64,000 nt of DNA from Lama glama (taxonomy: Eukaryota), in the NCBI GenBank assembly GCA_028534125.1, contig CM052816.1, positions 71,860,001 through 71,924,000 on the forward strand. The letters run 5' to 3'. Made by a program: the position numbers and the translations under genes. Below the pieces are notes generated by a model. That model worked only from the letters and a program-made list of their open reading frames with translations, made no database searches and was not told the DNA's origin. Below, one piece after another: positions 1 through 12,873 of the stretch. Each line of letters begins with the position of its first letter. Position 1 is the stretch's first letter.

Positions 1-814
1 GTTCTTGAATATAATCTTTGAATTAACTTAGCCAAACTAGCTTCTGAATTACAAAGCTTGACAGACTTGCAATACACACTGAAGCATAAAGGTATTATTT
101 TTTCTTTAAATCAGGACAGCTATCTCTAGCACGTGTTACATGTGCACACGGCTTCTCTCTCATTTGCGTGCTGGCTATGAGACGAGGGAGGCGTTGCCCG
201 ACAGATTGCCCTGAGACTCTCTGTTCTGTCCATGCCTACAGATTGTTCCGAGGGACAGTGCTACGGAAGTGTTTATTTGCAGCCAGAGTCTATTAAGGGT
301 TCGGTTTTAGTTTTAATCTTCCTCTTCCATGGCTCCTGCTGGCCCCTTCCTTTAAACTCTTGCTAGCGTTGTCCCTCCCATCTCGACAAGCCCTCTGTCT
401 CAGTCTCTCCATGGTCTGGTCGTCATGGACTCTAATTCAGTCCTGATCTCCCATTCTGATTCTCGTCTGGTTTGCTGTCCTACACAAACACCTTTTGCCC
501 TTTGGCATAAGTATTGCCTTATATATAATGCTATCCTCTAAATGTTTCTACCTTTCAAGTAATCACCTTCATATTTACTATCTTATTTGTAAAGTGCTTT
601 CCTTGCATATGTTTTTATTCATCAATATACAAGGGCTATTGATGGCTTGGTACCAGAGCTGTTATTTCATTTGTATTTACTGCATGACTTTAGTAGGTAC
701 TACTATTATTTCTGGCTTCTCAGGTTCCTGAATATTTTCCTTCTCCTTGGCCTGTCTTCTGCTCTGTATTTCAGAACTACCTTGATACCTAGATTCTAGA
801 TCTTTAAAATGTCA

Positions 815-1520
815 CTCACTTAGTCGTTTAACAAATATGCCTCGTGTACCTAATATGGAGCAAGCACTGTGCTAGACGCTGGGTAGGCAGAACAAAAGAA
901 ACATGGCCCTTGACCTCAAGAAGTTCCCATTAGGAGTAAAAAAGTCACAAAAACATTATTAGAATACAAGATGGTAAATTGGAGTGGCAGAGATAAGCGC
1001 TGTGTATTATAGGAGCTTATAAAATTGATATGCATTTAACAGGGTAGGGAAAATAGACCACAGAAGTCTTCCTGGGTGAAAGCATTACGAATGAAGAGAT
1101 ATCTTGCAGGCAAAGGGGTAGGAGTAACCTCCCAGGCAGTGGGCAGAGCAGTAAGTGATGGACGCTGGAACAGATTAGCTCCTGTGACTAATGCAGCAAG
1201 AGCAAAGGCATGGAAACCACACATCTCTTGACAGGAAATTGCTAGAAAGTTACACTTGGGACAGAGAGGCGGTGAGGGGGCAGCATGAAATAATGAGGTT
1301 AGAAATAAAGGCAGTGGCCAGATTGTGGAAAGCCAGAATGTTATGGGAAAGAGCTAAGGCTTTTTCTTAAAGGTGAAAGGAAACTTTGAAAAAATTAAGG
1401 AGGAAATTGCAAAGGTCTGACTACTGTTTTAGATGGACTGTTTAAACATCAACCAGGGCAGATATGATGAAGTACGAAGACTGTTGCTGCCCTGCTCAGA
1501 GAGATGATGAGAAACTCTGA
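815..1520 (-). mobile_element. L2 LINE 3' region, decayed
   Basis: Begins with the reverse complement of the L2 3' end (tcacttagtcgtttaacaaatatgcctcgtgtacctaatatggagcaagcactgtgctag), followed by purine-rich antisense L2 body sequence. Confidence 0.8.
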
Positions 1521-1599
1521 ACCAAGGGAGGAAGAGAACAGAACGGAGTTCCAGAGCTTTCTATCTGTTTTCTGGTTTATTTTTCTTGGTACCTCTCTC

Positions 1600-1770
1600 C
1601 ACTGAACACCTGGCATCTCTATCCATTTATTTTATCCTCTCCTACTAGTCCGCAAGCTCTGTGAGGAGAGAGGTGATGTCTATCTTGATCATTGCTCCAA
1701 ATCCATCACCGGAAACAGTGCCTGGCACAAGCGACACTCAGGAAATACATGTGGGTCCAGTCAATGAATC
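1600..1770 (+). mobile_element. L2 3' end fragment, opposite orientation to the flanking L2
   Basis: gcaagctctgtgaggagagagg...acagtgcctggcacaagcgacactcaggaaata...aatgaat matches the L2 terminal motif. Confidence 0.75.
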
Positions 1771-2787
1771 ATGTGAGAGGTGAGCACTGGATGTGACAGG
1801 GCTGATTTCCAGGTTTCCAACTTGAAAGACTCCTGTGTGGACCGGCATACCTCCAACTGAGAGACTGTAAAACACATTTAGGAAGGAATATGGGAAGTGA
1901 AGTCACAAAATCAATATTTTGTGAACTGTGTTGGGTGAATAATTTTCTAATCTCATGAGGTAATTGGGTTGAAATGTTACTATCATAAGATGATATTTGA
2001 TTGAGACCAAAAAGTCAAAGAAGCTAGTGATCGTTCTGTTTTTAATTTTAGACACCCAGGAAACACTGCAAAGGAATAATTATTCTGAGACCCATCTAAT
2101 CATTCCTGATGACAGTGTAGGTCCTTCTCCACAAACAAGGCATTCATTTATTTGATTTATTCAGTTATCAAATCTTTGGTGCTTGCTACGAACATGGTTC
2201 TCAGGTAGTCTGGAAAGGAAAGCATTCTGACTCATCTTCACTGGGGAATTACATGACCCCGTATGCCAAGATCAACCGCCAAGGCCAGCCTGCTTAAGGC
2301 ATCCTGCTAACCTTAAAGAGTCTAAGAATGTCTGATTGATGGATAACAGCTTGCTGACCCCATGCAGAAAGAAAATTACCTAAAGGAAAATTATGAATAA
2401 AATGTATAACAAATAAACATTAAAAAGCACTTCAATTATCATTTTAAATCCTTCTCTCCAACATGGCATCTTGCAATCTAACTTGATTACTGTGGCACGT
2501 GATGAATGCTTTAATCCACTTCCATAAGATTCTCACAAGGCCAGAAGATTGCATGAGTTTCTCTTTTTCAGGATTTGAGTCAAATTGATGTGTTTAGGAA
2601 TAGTACTGGGGAAGAAGGTTGTGTTAGTTTGTTATGAACAGATATACTAGTTTTTACCTAAAGATAGTCAGTTTGATTCAGTAGAGCTTAAAGATGTTAC
2701 GCACTATAGAGAGGACAACAATTATAACAATTATAATTTGTTAAAATGTAAAAATGTATCCAGAAATTTCAGCAGTTGCTTTATTTC

Positions 2788-2790
<3 letters not shown>

Positions 2791-2819
<29 letters not shown>
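2791..2819 (+). repeat. poly(A)29 tract
   Basis: 29 consecutive A, read directly. Confidence 0.97.
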
Positions 2820-2820
<1 letters not shown>

Positions 2821-4089
2821 CACCATGTAGTTTAAACCACAGATAGGGAAAAAAATCTTATAATAACTCTGGCTTCTATTTGGCACACTTTTTGACAGCT
2901 TTGCCTCAGCTGAGATTCCTGAATATATTTATGAGCCTCTTGCCTTTTATTTAGTATTTTAAAGCACACCTGGGAATTTGCATAAATATTTGCAAAAAGG
3001 CAAGATTCAGAAGAATAAACATTTATGTCACATACAGAAATTTCTTAGAAGGGCACTGCCTCCACTCCAGAATAACATAGACTTGAGGAAAAAATAATCT
3101 GGGTTTACATTCCCTTAAAACATTGGTATATGTTATTCATTAAGAGCAATTTTATCTAAGTTCACTTGTCAGGGCTACAGCCATTTAATTCAAGGCTCTA
3201 AAGTGAACTTCCATTATGACAACACTCTTATTCCCTTATTCAAAATCTTAAGTAGAAGCCCCAATGGGTTTAAGCCAAAATTATGCATCTATTTCACTGA
3301 TTTTCAATTTTCACCTCTTGTCATCTTAAACTTACTTTAGTTCAGAAATAAAGATGAAGATGAGCTCAGGGTTTAGCCTCCTCTCTTTCCCAACACTTCA
3401 TCAAAATGGTAACAAGAAAGGAATATATCCAGGAAAACAGACGAATGGGGCAGGAGTCATTGTTAGAGAGGAGAAGTGCAGGCAAGTTTCCTCTAGAAGA
3501 ATCCAATGAATGAGAACGACTTCCTGATTAAAACAAATTGGAGGAATCTGAAGTCCAGAATATGCAAAAGATGAGTCTTGCCTCATCACCTGGAAACACA
3601 TCTTTCCAACAGGACCCCTGAGAAGACCCACAGCTTTCCTCAGCAAATATGGAGATCAGGAATGAGTGGTGGGGCAGAAAGCAGTGATTCATCGAAAGTC
3701 TATTTTCAGAGCATCTGCTCTGGTCAACTCCCTATCCTTTCTTCCACCTCCTTTGACCTAAGCCAACTGGTTGTCCGGTGTGTCTCTCCACCCCTGTCCC
3801 CAAGGCAGGAACTGGATAACTTTATCTAAAGAAATTGAACCATCTGTCTGGGAAAATCTGGTACTTGTGGTGAGGGTGTTAGAACCCCAGAGAGGAAACT
3901 TATTCTAGCATTAAATGGGCTCTCTCCATATCAGCACTCCCTAGTTTGCAATGTGACATTGTTCACACGCACAGCTCCCAGGCAGCCAGCCCCTCAGAGA
4001 GAGGCCTGCTGGGAACACAGAGCGACCAGCGTAATAGAAAAGAGAACTCATACCATTGACCTTTATTAATTAGTCTATGTCTTCATTCC

Positions 4090-4590
4090 GTAGATGACAG
4101 GTAACTAATAGTCACTGGACAAAAGCCCTATCAGAAAAAAGAGGACTAAGATGAACAAAATTTGAGGAAAATCAACATAATGAAAAATAAAGTTCAAAAT
4201 GAATAAATAGGGAAACCAGTTCCAAAGAGAACAGATAATTTAGGATAGGTGTTTTCAAGTTCTAATTACTATCCACAGAGAGAGTCAAGATACATTATAG
4301 CCATAAAACAAGAAGAGAATGTTATTAAAAGAATAAGACGTCAGAAACAATGTAAGATCTTGGGAAGTAAAAGCATGATTGACATATAAGAAGCTCAATA
4401 AAGAGTCTGAAAGACAAAACTGAAGGAATTTCCCTGAACTCAGAGCTAAACAGGTGAAAAACAAAGAGAGAAAATGTAACAAATTGAATCAATGCATAGA
4501 ATAAAATATTTAGAAACCTGAAATTTTACAGGAAAAAAAGAAAATGAATGGACAAAAATTATAAAAGTAATAATAGAAAAGTTTGCATCA
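4090..4590 (+). mobile_element. Ancient HAL1/L1 ORF1-region fragment
   Basis: A-rich sequence resembling the HAL1/old L1 ORF1 coiled-coil region (ataaaacaagaagagaatgttattaaaag...gctcaataaagagtctgaaagacaaaactgaaggaatttccc). No intact ORF. Confidence 0.55.
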
Positions 4591-4594
4591 AGAA

Positions 4595-4805
4595 AATTTC
4601 AGTCTCTCTGAATCCTAGTTTCCTCTTCTGTAAAATGAGAATAATGATACTTTCCACACAGTTCTACGGTTGAGTTTTAAATGAAATGTGGATAACAGTC
4701 TACTACAGTGTCTGCTTAATAAATGCTAGTTACAAGCATAATCTATCTAAGCCTCATTTGTCTCATTGGTGAAATGAAGACAGTAATACCTCACAGGGTT
4801 GCTGC
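4595..4805 (+). mobile_element. Two adjacent MIR SINE fragments
   Basis: MIR core tctctgaatcctagtttcctcttctgtaaaatgagaataat, then a second core aagcctcatttgtctcattggtgaaatgaagacagtaatacctcacaggg. Confidence 0.75.
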
Positions 4806-4850
4806 TATCTATCTATCATCTATCTATTATCTATCTGTCTATTATCTATC
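4805..4850 (+). repeat. Imperfect (CTAT)n microsatellite
   Basis: ctatctatctatcatctatctattatctatctgtctattatctatc. Confidence 0.9.
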
Positions 4851-5519
4851 TTAAATACACTCAACATCAAACAGACTCTTAGGAAATAGTATTTCTCTTC
4901 CTTTATCCCTACCCCATCTCCAAAGTGTTAGTTTTTTTATTACTTCTCCCTAGGAAGATGTTTGAATCTCAGTGCACAGTGTAAAAGCAAACTTACACGT
5001 TTAATGGTAGAATGAGTCCCAGTTGTCTCTTTAAACAGCTAAATAACCTAAAGGAAGTGACTCACTCTGCATTTCAAGTGTCTTTGCTGTTAAGTGATAA
5101 GAAAATAAATCGTTTAACAGCAGGCACCACTGCTCAAGAAAGGAAATGAGCAGTGTGAAGCAGCTAAATATGGGCAATATTTCTCCATCTGATGACCTCA
5201 GCGATGGCTGCTACCAGTGTTTTGAGCACACCTTTTCTCTTACGTAGGTACCCCTCTGATCCCACAAGCCTTCTCCGTCAGAGCAGACTGCTGCCTGGGA
5301 GCCCTGTGTGGTTGTCCAACCTCCCAGTAATTGCTTTGGAAAAACTTATGGTACTCATAACTCTCTGACTTGTTTTAGTGCTATGTGTGGATGATTTTTC
5401 TCAAATATTTGTACCTAAGGAAAGTTACCACATCATAAACTCTTTGTATCTGATTTATCTTTGCTTTCCTTTCAGTCCTTAGCACAATATCTTCAAGAGG
5501 TACGTGCTTGAAGTAAGTG

Positions 5520-6960
5520 ATTAAAATTATGAGCGATAGGACAAGCACAATGAAACATGAAATGTTGATAAAGACGTATTTGTGAAAGGAGAAAAGAAGG
5601 ATGATTAAAACTGAAGACTGCTAATACAAAGCTCTAATTAAAAAAAACATTCCGAATGGGTCTTACTGAAAGATTTAAAAGACCATCAACAACAGCGCTA
5701 GTAAACCAGGACGCTAATGTTCAGTCAGAGGAGTGTGTAACAGGCAGTGTGTGATAGGCTGAAAAGAAATCTTCAGATACGAACATACCTCACTGGAGGG
5801 GAGGGGATGTCTATTGTACGTTTATAAAGAAAAGATCTGATTGGCCAACTAGGACTTTTTTCTCTGACGTAGCTGAAACATATAAGGACCAGGCACTAAC
5901 AGGACCAGTGTCCTCACACACACAATGAGTGGTTGAGAAAACAAATTTATATGCCAGGAAGAGAAAGGTATACTGATGGTTTACGTAGATCTTTACTGTA
6001 TGTGCAGTCAACAGACACAACAGTCTTAAAATAGAGCACTTCATATTTTAGAGAAAAGAGTGATTCTTATCAAAGGATGGTGATTTGTAGGCTGAGTCCA
6101 AGCACAGTGTCTACAGATGGCATTATACTTAACAAAGAAAACGATGAATCTGGAAAATATGGCAGGTATAATGGAAGAGCCAGGGCAAAATTGAACAAAA
6201 ATGTGAAGACATATGAATGGGAGATAACGAGAGATAACAGAATATTGATCATGAAGGAGGGATGGATGACGTAGTAAGAACCAGTGCATATTCAGAGAGG
6301 AAGACAATGTAGCCATAATCAGGAATGACAGTAAGAGAAGAAGAATCAAGAGCAAACCTACGGGAAATTCGTGTCACCTTTAGATGACAAAGCAAGTTGA
6401 TTAAACAGGTTTTGTACTAGATTATTTTCTCTTCCTAATTATATTTGGCTTCCACATATTTTTGAAGACTTTGACAAAGGTATTCTCTCCCTGAAAATAT
6501 TTTTGAAAACTGAAAGACAGTCTATGAGAGGAAAAAGTGAAGAAGATGATAAAGTACAGGGTATAACTTGGCAGCCAATGGAAAGAAAGCAGTAAAAGAA
6601 ATAGTGATGGGTTGTAGAAAATCGAGTTAGGACACCATTGTCTTGTTTGAGAAACTTCTGGTTAAAACCAGATAAAATTTTGAGATAAGAAAGCCTGTAC
6701 CATAGGAGCAAGGATGTAGGTATGAATGCATAGGTTAACAGAGGGTCCGAATGTGCCAGAACAACTAAAGCAAAATTAGATTCCCTTTAGGAAAAAGGAA
6801 AGTGGTGAAAAAACTGATGATCTTTGGAAAGGGATACTTAAGATAGAGGAATCAGGGAAACCTCGAAATATATGAGAGTGTCAGAGAAAGAATTGGCTCT
6901 ATGGGGAAAGACCTTCCAAAAAAGAAAAGAATGAAGCAAGAATTAAAAGCAAGGACCGTT
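5520..6960 (+). mobile_element. Fossil RTE-clade LINE (L4/RTE-X or MamRTE-like), reverse-transcriptase region
   Basis: Frameshifted RT motifs in the expected order: NRTSVLTHTM at 5898-5927 (NYRxISLLSHxM), MPGR..TD..IFT from 5951 (GFxxGRSTxDxIF), FI-LEK-D at ~6040-6064 (FIDLEKAYD), and KY..AANGKKAVKEI at 6552-6603 (FKYLG..NG...EI). Confidence 0.62.
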
Positions 6961-8179
6961 TGAGACTATGGAGTTTTTAAGTGTTGTTGCTGATTTTGCC
7001 TAGTAAATATAATTGGTTGGATACAATTCAAACCAGAAAGGCTCGAATTTAACAAGAGAACTTTTAGGAAAGCATAAACATATGGAAGGATATGAAACTT
7101 TTTGTTACATTTATTGTATTCTAATGGGGAGGGGGATAAAAAGAAGAAATATCTCAATAGATTAATCCTTTAATTTTAAAAGCAAGAATAATACTTACAG
7201 GACAAACTGTAGCATGGAAAAAGCCAGTCATTGCATACATACTCATCTGTATATGCATGTGTGTGTAGATGTGCATATATTTGCATTTATATGATGTATA
7301 TACATTTATATTTATTTAGAGATAGTCATATCAGTATATAGATATTATTCTTTAAGTTTGAGTATGGGGCAACTGGTGTATGTGATAATTAAACAATCTG
7401 TAGATACCACCATGGAAACAGCAATTCTGCAGACAAAGTGCAGCACAAATCTTGCCTTTTCCTTTGTGACTGTCAGGGACACCTGTAGATCCTGTTGCAA
7501 TTTGCATTTTCTATTTGTTAAAATCTTTGCTCACGGTGATACCTAACAGCCCTATTGCTCAAGCAGGTTTCTTCCCAGATCAAGAAAAATGGGCATGAAC
7601 ATCAATAAACAGTTTTAGAGTCAAAACTAATTATTTATATGTATAGCTCTTAACAAATATTTTGTATCAGAATATTTCCTTTCTTCCTTTGGAACTTGAG
7701 ATGTAAAAAGATAAATGAAGACCAGAAATTGATTTCTGTTCCTGCAAAATAGCGAGTCACTAAATCAGTGACCAAAAACAGTGCTGTCTGAGGCTCCAGA
7801 TCAACTCCATGACCTTCTGACTTGAGCCCTTTAGGGAATCCAACAGCCTCACAATACATTCAGCACCTCGAGCGAGTGCAAAACTGGCTCTGAATCCATT
7901 CAGAGGATAAGCCACAGTTCCTGATGTGTTTGTTAGAAGCTTGGCCTACATTTCAGCCTCTGACAAACTTGTGGAGCAGCTGCCAGGTGTGATGGCAGGT
8001 ATGAGAGAAAATGCTCAAAGACACGGAACTAGAACAAGGTCTAAGGGAACGGTGGGAATGAGAAACAGGAAGAGATCTGAATACTCAGTGTGCACGTGTG
8101 CAGGAGCATCTGTAGTAGCCATGCAGTGGGTGGGGAGAAGAAGTGTATTCACATGAGAACCAGAAAGGCAGACTTCCCT

Positions 8180-8625
8180 TTGTCATAAACCAGAAGATCC
8201 AATTGTAAACAACATAAAAGCATTACCAGAGATATAAACAAGAAGAAAGATACTATCTTTACCAGTTAAGAATCTGGAAGTAATATTCTCAGGACTGGTG
8301 TGCTGCACTGCAGTGTGATGGACTCTGCATCTTCATGCCCTGTTGCTCTCTTTGTTTCTTTCCATACTCTTAATTATTTCATGATCCAATATGGGTACCA
8401 ATACTGCATTGCCATTCTGCCTCGCATGAAGAAGAAAGCTGAGGATGGACACTCCCCTCTTAGAGATATTCACCTCTTCTTACAGCCCGTTGCTTGCAAG
8501 TTGGTCATGTGGCCATGCATAGCTGCATCAGCTGTCACAAAATGTAATTTTTAATCTTGACTGCCATGTGCCGACCAGGAAGAAAGAGAAAGGATATTGC
8601 TGGAGATAATTATCAGTCTCTACTA
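8180..8625 (-). mobile_element. MaLR LTR (old MLT1 subfamily)
   Basis: ttggtcatgtggccatgcatagctgcatcagctgtcacaaaatgtaattttta is a typical antisense MLT1 segment. Confidence 0.6.
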
Positions 8626-9011
8626 GACCAGCCAACACCTTGGTTAAATAACTTTACCTCTGTATTGCCCCCTACATGAGAAAGTGCCTGGACAGAGCAG
8701 AGGTGCTCAGAAAGATTTTGGATGAATAACTGAATGTGACAATCAGCTTCTGTGTGCCCCAATGCCCTTCTCTCTAAAGCATCTGCCTTAAATTTCTCAC
8801 AGGACAGTTGTGGGAAAAAAAACATTAAAATAGAAAACATTATACATAAACATAATATTGGAAATGTTATAGCTAGAAGGAACTTCAACTGTGAGGAAGA
8901 CCAGCCCTGTGATTGAACAGTTAAGAAATCTGAGGCTGGGAGAAGTATTAGAATCCAAGGGCGCAGGACCGTATAGAAGTCGAAACAGAGGGGGACCCAT
9001 GCTTTCAGACT

Positions 9012-9441
9012 TGTCTCATTTCTAGGGCTGCCATAATAAATGACTATAGGCTTGGTGGCTTAAAATAACAGAAACTCATTCTGACATAGTTCTGGAGGCC
9101 GGAAGTCCGAAGTACAGATGTCCGCAGAGCTGTGTGATCTCGGAAAGATGCAGGTGAGACGTTTTTGAGACGTCCGCTGCTCGACTGTTCCGGCTTGTGC
9201 TGGTTTCAGGCATCCTTTGCATAGTGGTTGCCTGGCTGCGATCCCTGCCTGTGCTTCACGTGGCCTCTTTGTCTGATGTCTGTCCCCCGCGTGTCTCTTA
9301 TGAGAACATGAGTCTCTGGATTTAGAAGTCCCCTTGATTACATCTGCAAGAGCCTCTTCCCAAGTAAGGTCACATTCACAGGTTTCAGGCATCAGGATGG
9401 AGGCGTATCTTCTGGCGCAGGGTCGCAGTTAGACTCACTAA
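9012..9441 (-). mobile_element. MaLR solo LTR (MLT1A/B/C-like), near full length
   Basis: ctagggctgccataataaa...ggtggcttaaaataacagaaactcattctgacatagttctggaggccggaagtcc...catctgcaagagcctcttcccaagtaaggtcacattcacagg. Confidence 0.88.
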
Positions 9442-11109
9442 ACGCTCCTGGTACTTTTATCCAGCACGTTGTGCTATTCCCTAAGTTTTCTTGCTATTAC
9501 CATTATTATTATTACAACATTATCTTCTTTTAATCTGTTAGGTAATCTATCATATTTTTCTTAGAGGTAACCAAAATATATCTGTAACATACTAGATCTT
9601 TCTGTATAAATGAAAATAGATAAATACTAAATAAGTTGATACCAAGTAGAGTGACATTAATTTAAAAGCTAATGAAAAATCCTCTGTTTCTATATCCTTC
9701 ATTAGCTAACAGGATGCCTTACTATCCCATGTAATTTGTCTTTTTCATTAAGCCTTTGATGGCTCTGCTCGGACAGGTAGCATATTAAACCATTAACCAT
9801 CATTAATAACTTACTGTAAATAAGCTTGGAAAACAGTTTTCCAAGGTCTGACGGAATGCAGGTTGTATTAGGTATGGGGGAGAAAGAAAAGGAGGCCAAG
9901 AAGATGATCAGAGGAGAAACAATCACAAAAGAAAGGTGGTGAGAAAAAGATTCTCCCAAATTCACAACTGCTTAGACCAGGCTCTGCCTCCTGCCACGCT
10001 TAGGAGTTTGTGTGTGATGCATCTGAGAAACGGGAGGGACCTACTGGTATTCATCTCTGTCCTTACTTTTTCTGCACAAATGAGATATCTTGCCCTCTCC
10101 TTCCTCCTCCTTCGCCCTCCCCACTTTATGTCCTGCTTGGGCTCTTTACATAGGGAATAATTTGAAGAGTAAGATATTTGTAGGCAGTAACCATGTCAAA
10201 TATTTTTTCTATATCTCAAGTGGCAGGGGTTAGGACAATGTTAAGGACCCTGCAGAGGCTTAAGAAAATACTTGGCTGACACACTGATTGACTGATAAGC
10301 TCATTTCAGTCCTTGAAGTCGGCTACAGCGACTTTCTCAAGGTCAAAAGACTATAAAGTCTAGTTCTGGCTTTTCACTGACTAGTTTGAGTGACTTGAAT
10401 CTAATCACTTAAGCTAGAAGAGGGAAATTTTTTTTTTTAAAAAAGCCAGAATGCAATGACTTCTGGACCTGTGACTTACAAATTAGTACCTCACAGCTGT
10501 GTTTTAAGGATCAAGTAAGATAATTTAGTTTAAAAGGATGCTTGAACAAAGAATAATCATGAAATAAATGTTAGGCTGGACTAAAATGAATGTAGCACAT
10601 GAAGTCACCAGTGTAAACACTGTTGTGAGGTATGACATATGTCCTTTTAGCAAATTATTTATAAATCTCTTGCCTTAATACACAAATGCAGTGGTGTCAA
10701 GGGACTCAGAGTAGTCTTGCTAAAGAGGAAAGATCACTCATGTCATCAAATTTTGAATGGTTAAGGAAGATGACATACTTTCCTCTCTAACATCTAATTA
10801 GAGAGGGCTGATTGTAGCTGGCTTGGCAATCATTTGACCATTCCCCCCCACCACCATTTTTTTTTAAGATAGAGAGGAATCACGGACAGAAGATAAGCTA
10901 GGTTTAAAATAGATTTATGGATATATTGATTCCAACCAATGCTCCCTTTTATTCCAAACAAGCCATGGAGTTTTCCATTAGTGGCAAGTAACTGGCATGG
11001 CACTCGACCTTGTGGTTATAAAAGTTATCATACATGGGGTAATATTTAACAACTTCCCTCTTTCCTAAGAACGGAACAAAGAAACAATAGCTTAAGTAAG
11101 TGTACCCGC

Positions 11110-11800
11110 CAGAGTTCTTAGCAAAAAGTAACAGAAACTATCTCGAACTGATTTAAGCAGTTAAGGAATTTCTTGGAAAAGTACTGAGAAATTTTCAACC
11201 AGTGGGAAGGCTGAAGGGACTGGAGGTCAGAGGGTCGAGGAGGGTAGGAACAGCCAGTGGTAGGGCCAAACTGTGCCACAATATCATCTATTTATGCAAA
11301 ATATTATCAATTTTTTTCATGAACAGTTGGATTTATTTCCACAGTAAGTTTGAAACTCTTGCCTTTGGCAAGAGTACAACAGTAATTATATCAGGAACAA
11401 TTTCCTATACTGTCAAATATATAAAAGTTCCTGTTCTGTACCACCAAATTGGTACCATGAGGGCACAACCGCCATAGCTGCCGGCCCGGAACAAGTGGGT
11501 GTGCTCCACCAGCATCACTGGCTCTGACCCTAACAACCTGCCCCAGGGATACTTCCACTGCTGCTCCTAGAAAGGGCTGTGACTTCCGTCACTGCTACCG
11601 CCCCCCACCCCAGAATGGATTCTCTACTCTTCCTACTTCTTCATGTCACTAATTCTTGACTCAAAATCTGGGGCAGGGCATCTTATTGGCTGCATTTCTG
11701 TCACATGCCTGAGCCCCAGCTGCAGAGGAAGCTGGGAGGATGAGGATGGGCATGTGCAGCTTATGTGGTGGGAGGTGAGTAAGCAACTCTGATGCAAAAT
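11110..11800 (-). mobile_element. Old MaLR LTR (MLT1K/L/M-like), interrupted by an AT-rich segment
   Basis: aagtaacagaaactatctcgaactgatttaagcag at the start and attggctgcatttctgtcacatgcctgagccccagctgcagaggaagctggga at the end. Confidence 0.65.
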
Positions 11801-12589
11801 AGAAAGGATCCGAGTCATTAGAGAAGCACAAAGGAGGAGGGGACTCTGGAGGAGAAAGATTGTGTCAAAATGAGGATTGGAGTCGGCTTCTTAGAAGACC
11901 TGTTACTTGAACTGGTTGGGGTACATTTCAACAGCTGGAGGGAGGGGAGAGAGCGTCCCAGCACTGCGGAGAATGGAGTGCAGACATGGGGCCCTGGAGG
12001 ACAGGACATGTATTTGATTTTGTGCTTCCATCCTATGCAACTATTTTCTGTTATTTATCTCTGTCACTTTTGCGAAATATGAGAAATATATCCTTAGAAA
12101 ACGAATCCTGAGATGTCCAGGGTCTTCTGGTGCCAATCTATTTCAAACATTATTTATCAAATTTCTTAGACATTGCTTATTCTGACATTGAAGAAGGGAG
12201 TCACTTTAGTTAATGTGTCTGGATGCCTCCTCTTGGGCCCATTCATTCAAAGATGAAGTATGGGCACCTTCCACATATGGACATCCTACTGTAAATCACT
12301 TTGTAAGATAATGCATTTAGCTGTATAACACATCACTTGGTATTGTTATTAACTCTTTCCTGTTTAAATACTCTGTCTCCCTGATTAGACTGAAAATTCT
12401 TTAAGGGCAAGGCTACATGTTATGCAGATTTTTAAATTTGCCAAGCTCACATCTTCCTCCCCATCCCTGCCAATCCAATTTGTAAGAAATTGCACAGCAA
12501 TGAAACTCTCCCCTAAGGTATGGAACTGTGGTTATTCACCAGCTTTTGTTGCCTTATGTTCCTGTAGGATCAGGAAAGAGGCTATAAGA

Positions 12590-12780
12590 TCTTGGGGAAA
12601 TTATTTTGTTTCACTGTGCCTCAGTTTTATCATCTGTAATATAGGTAGACTAATACTATTTATCAGAGAAAGCAATTATGAAAGTCAAGTGACACAGTAA
12701 CAAATTAGTTCAGTGCCTGGAGCACAGTAAATGCTCAGTGAATGTTTGTGATGATTTTTATTAACATTATTATTACTGAT
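12590..12780 (+). mobile_element. MIR SINE
   Basis: ctgtgcctcagttttatcatctgtaatatagg...cagtgcctggagcacagtaaatgctcagtgaatgtt. Confidence 0.85.
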
Positions 12781-12873
12781 TTCATAGTATGTAGAAAAAT
12801 GGCTGTGACCATCGAAATTTTTCCCTTCCATGCCTACAATTATTAGGTATCCTTGAAGAAGAGGGTTTTCAGT

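Noticed and set aside
2791..2819. poly(A)29 as the tail of a processed pseudogene
   Set aside because: No recognisable upstream retrocopy body and no flanking target-site duplication.
5247..5350. Exon after the acceptor-like ccttttctcttacgtag
   Set aside because: No convincing downstream donor and no recognisable peptide.
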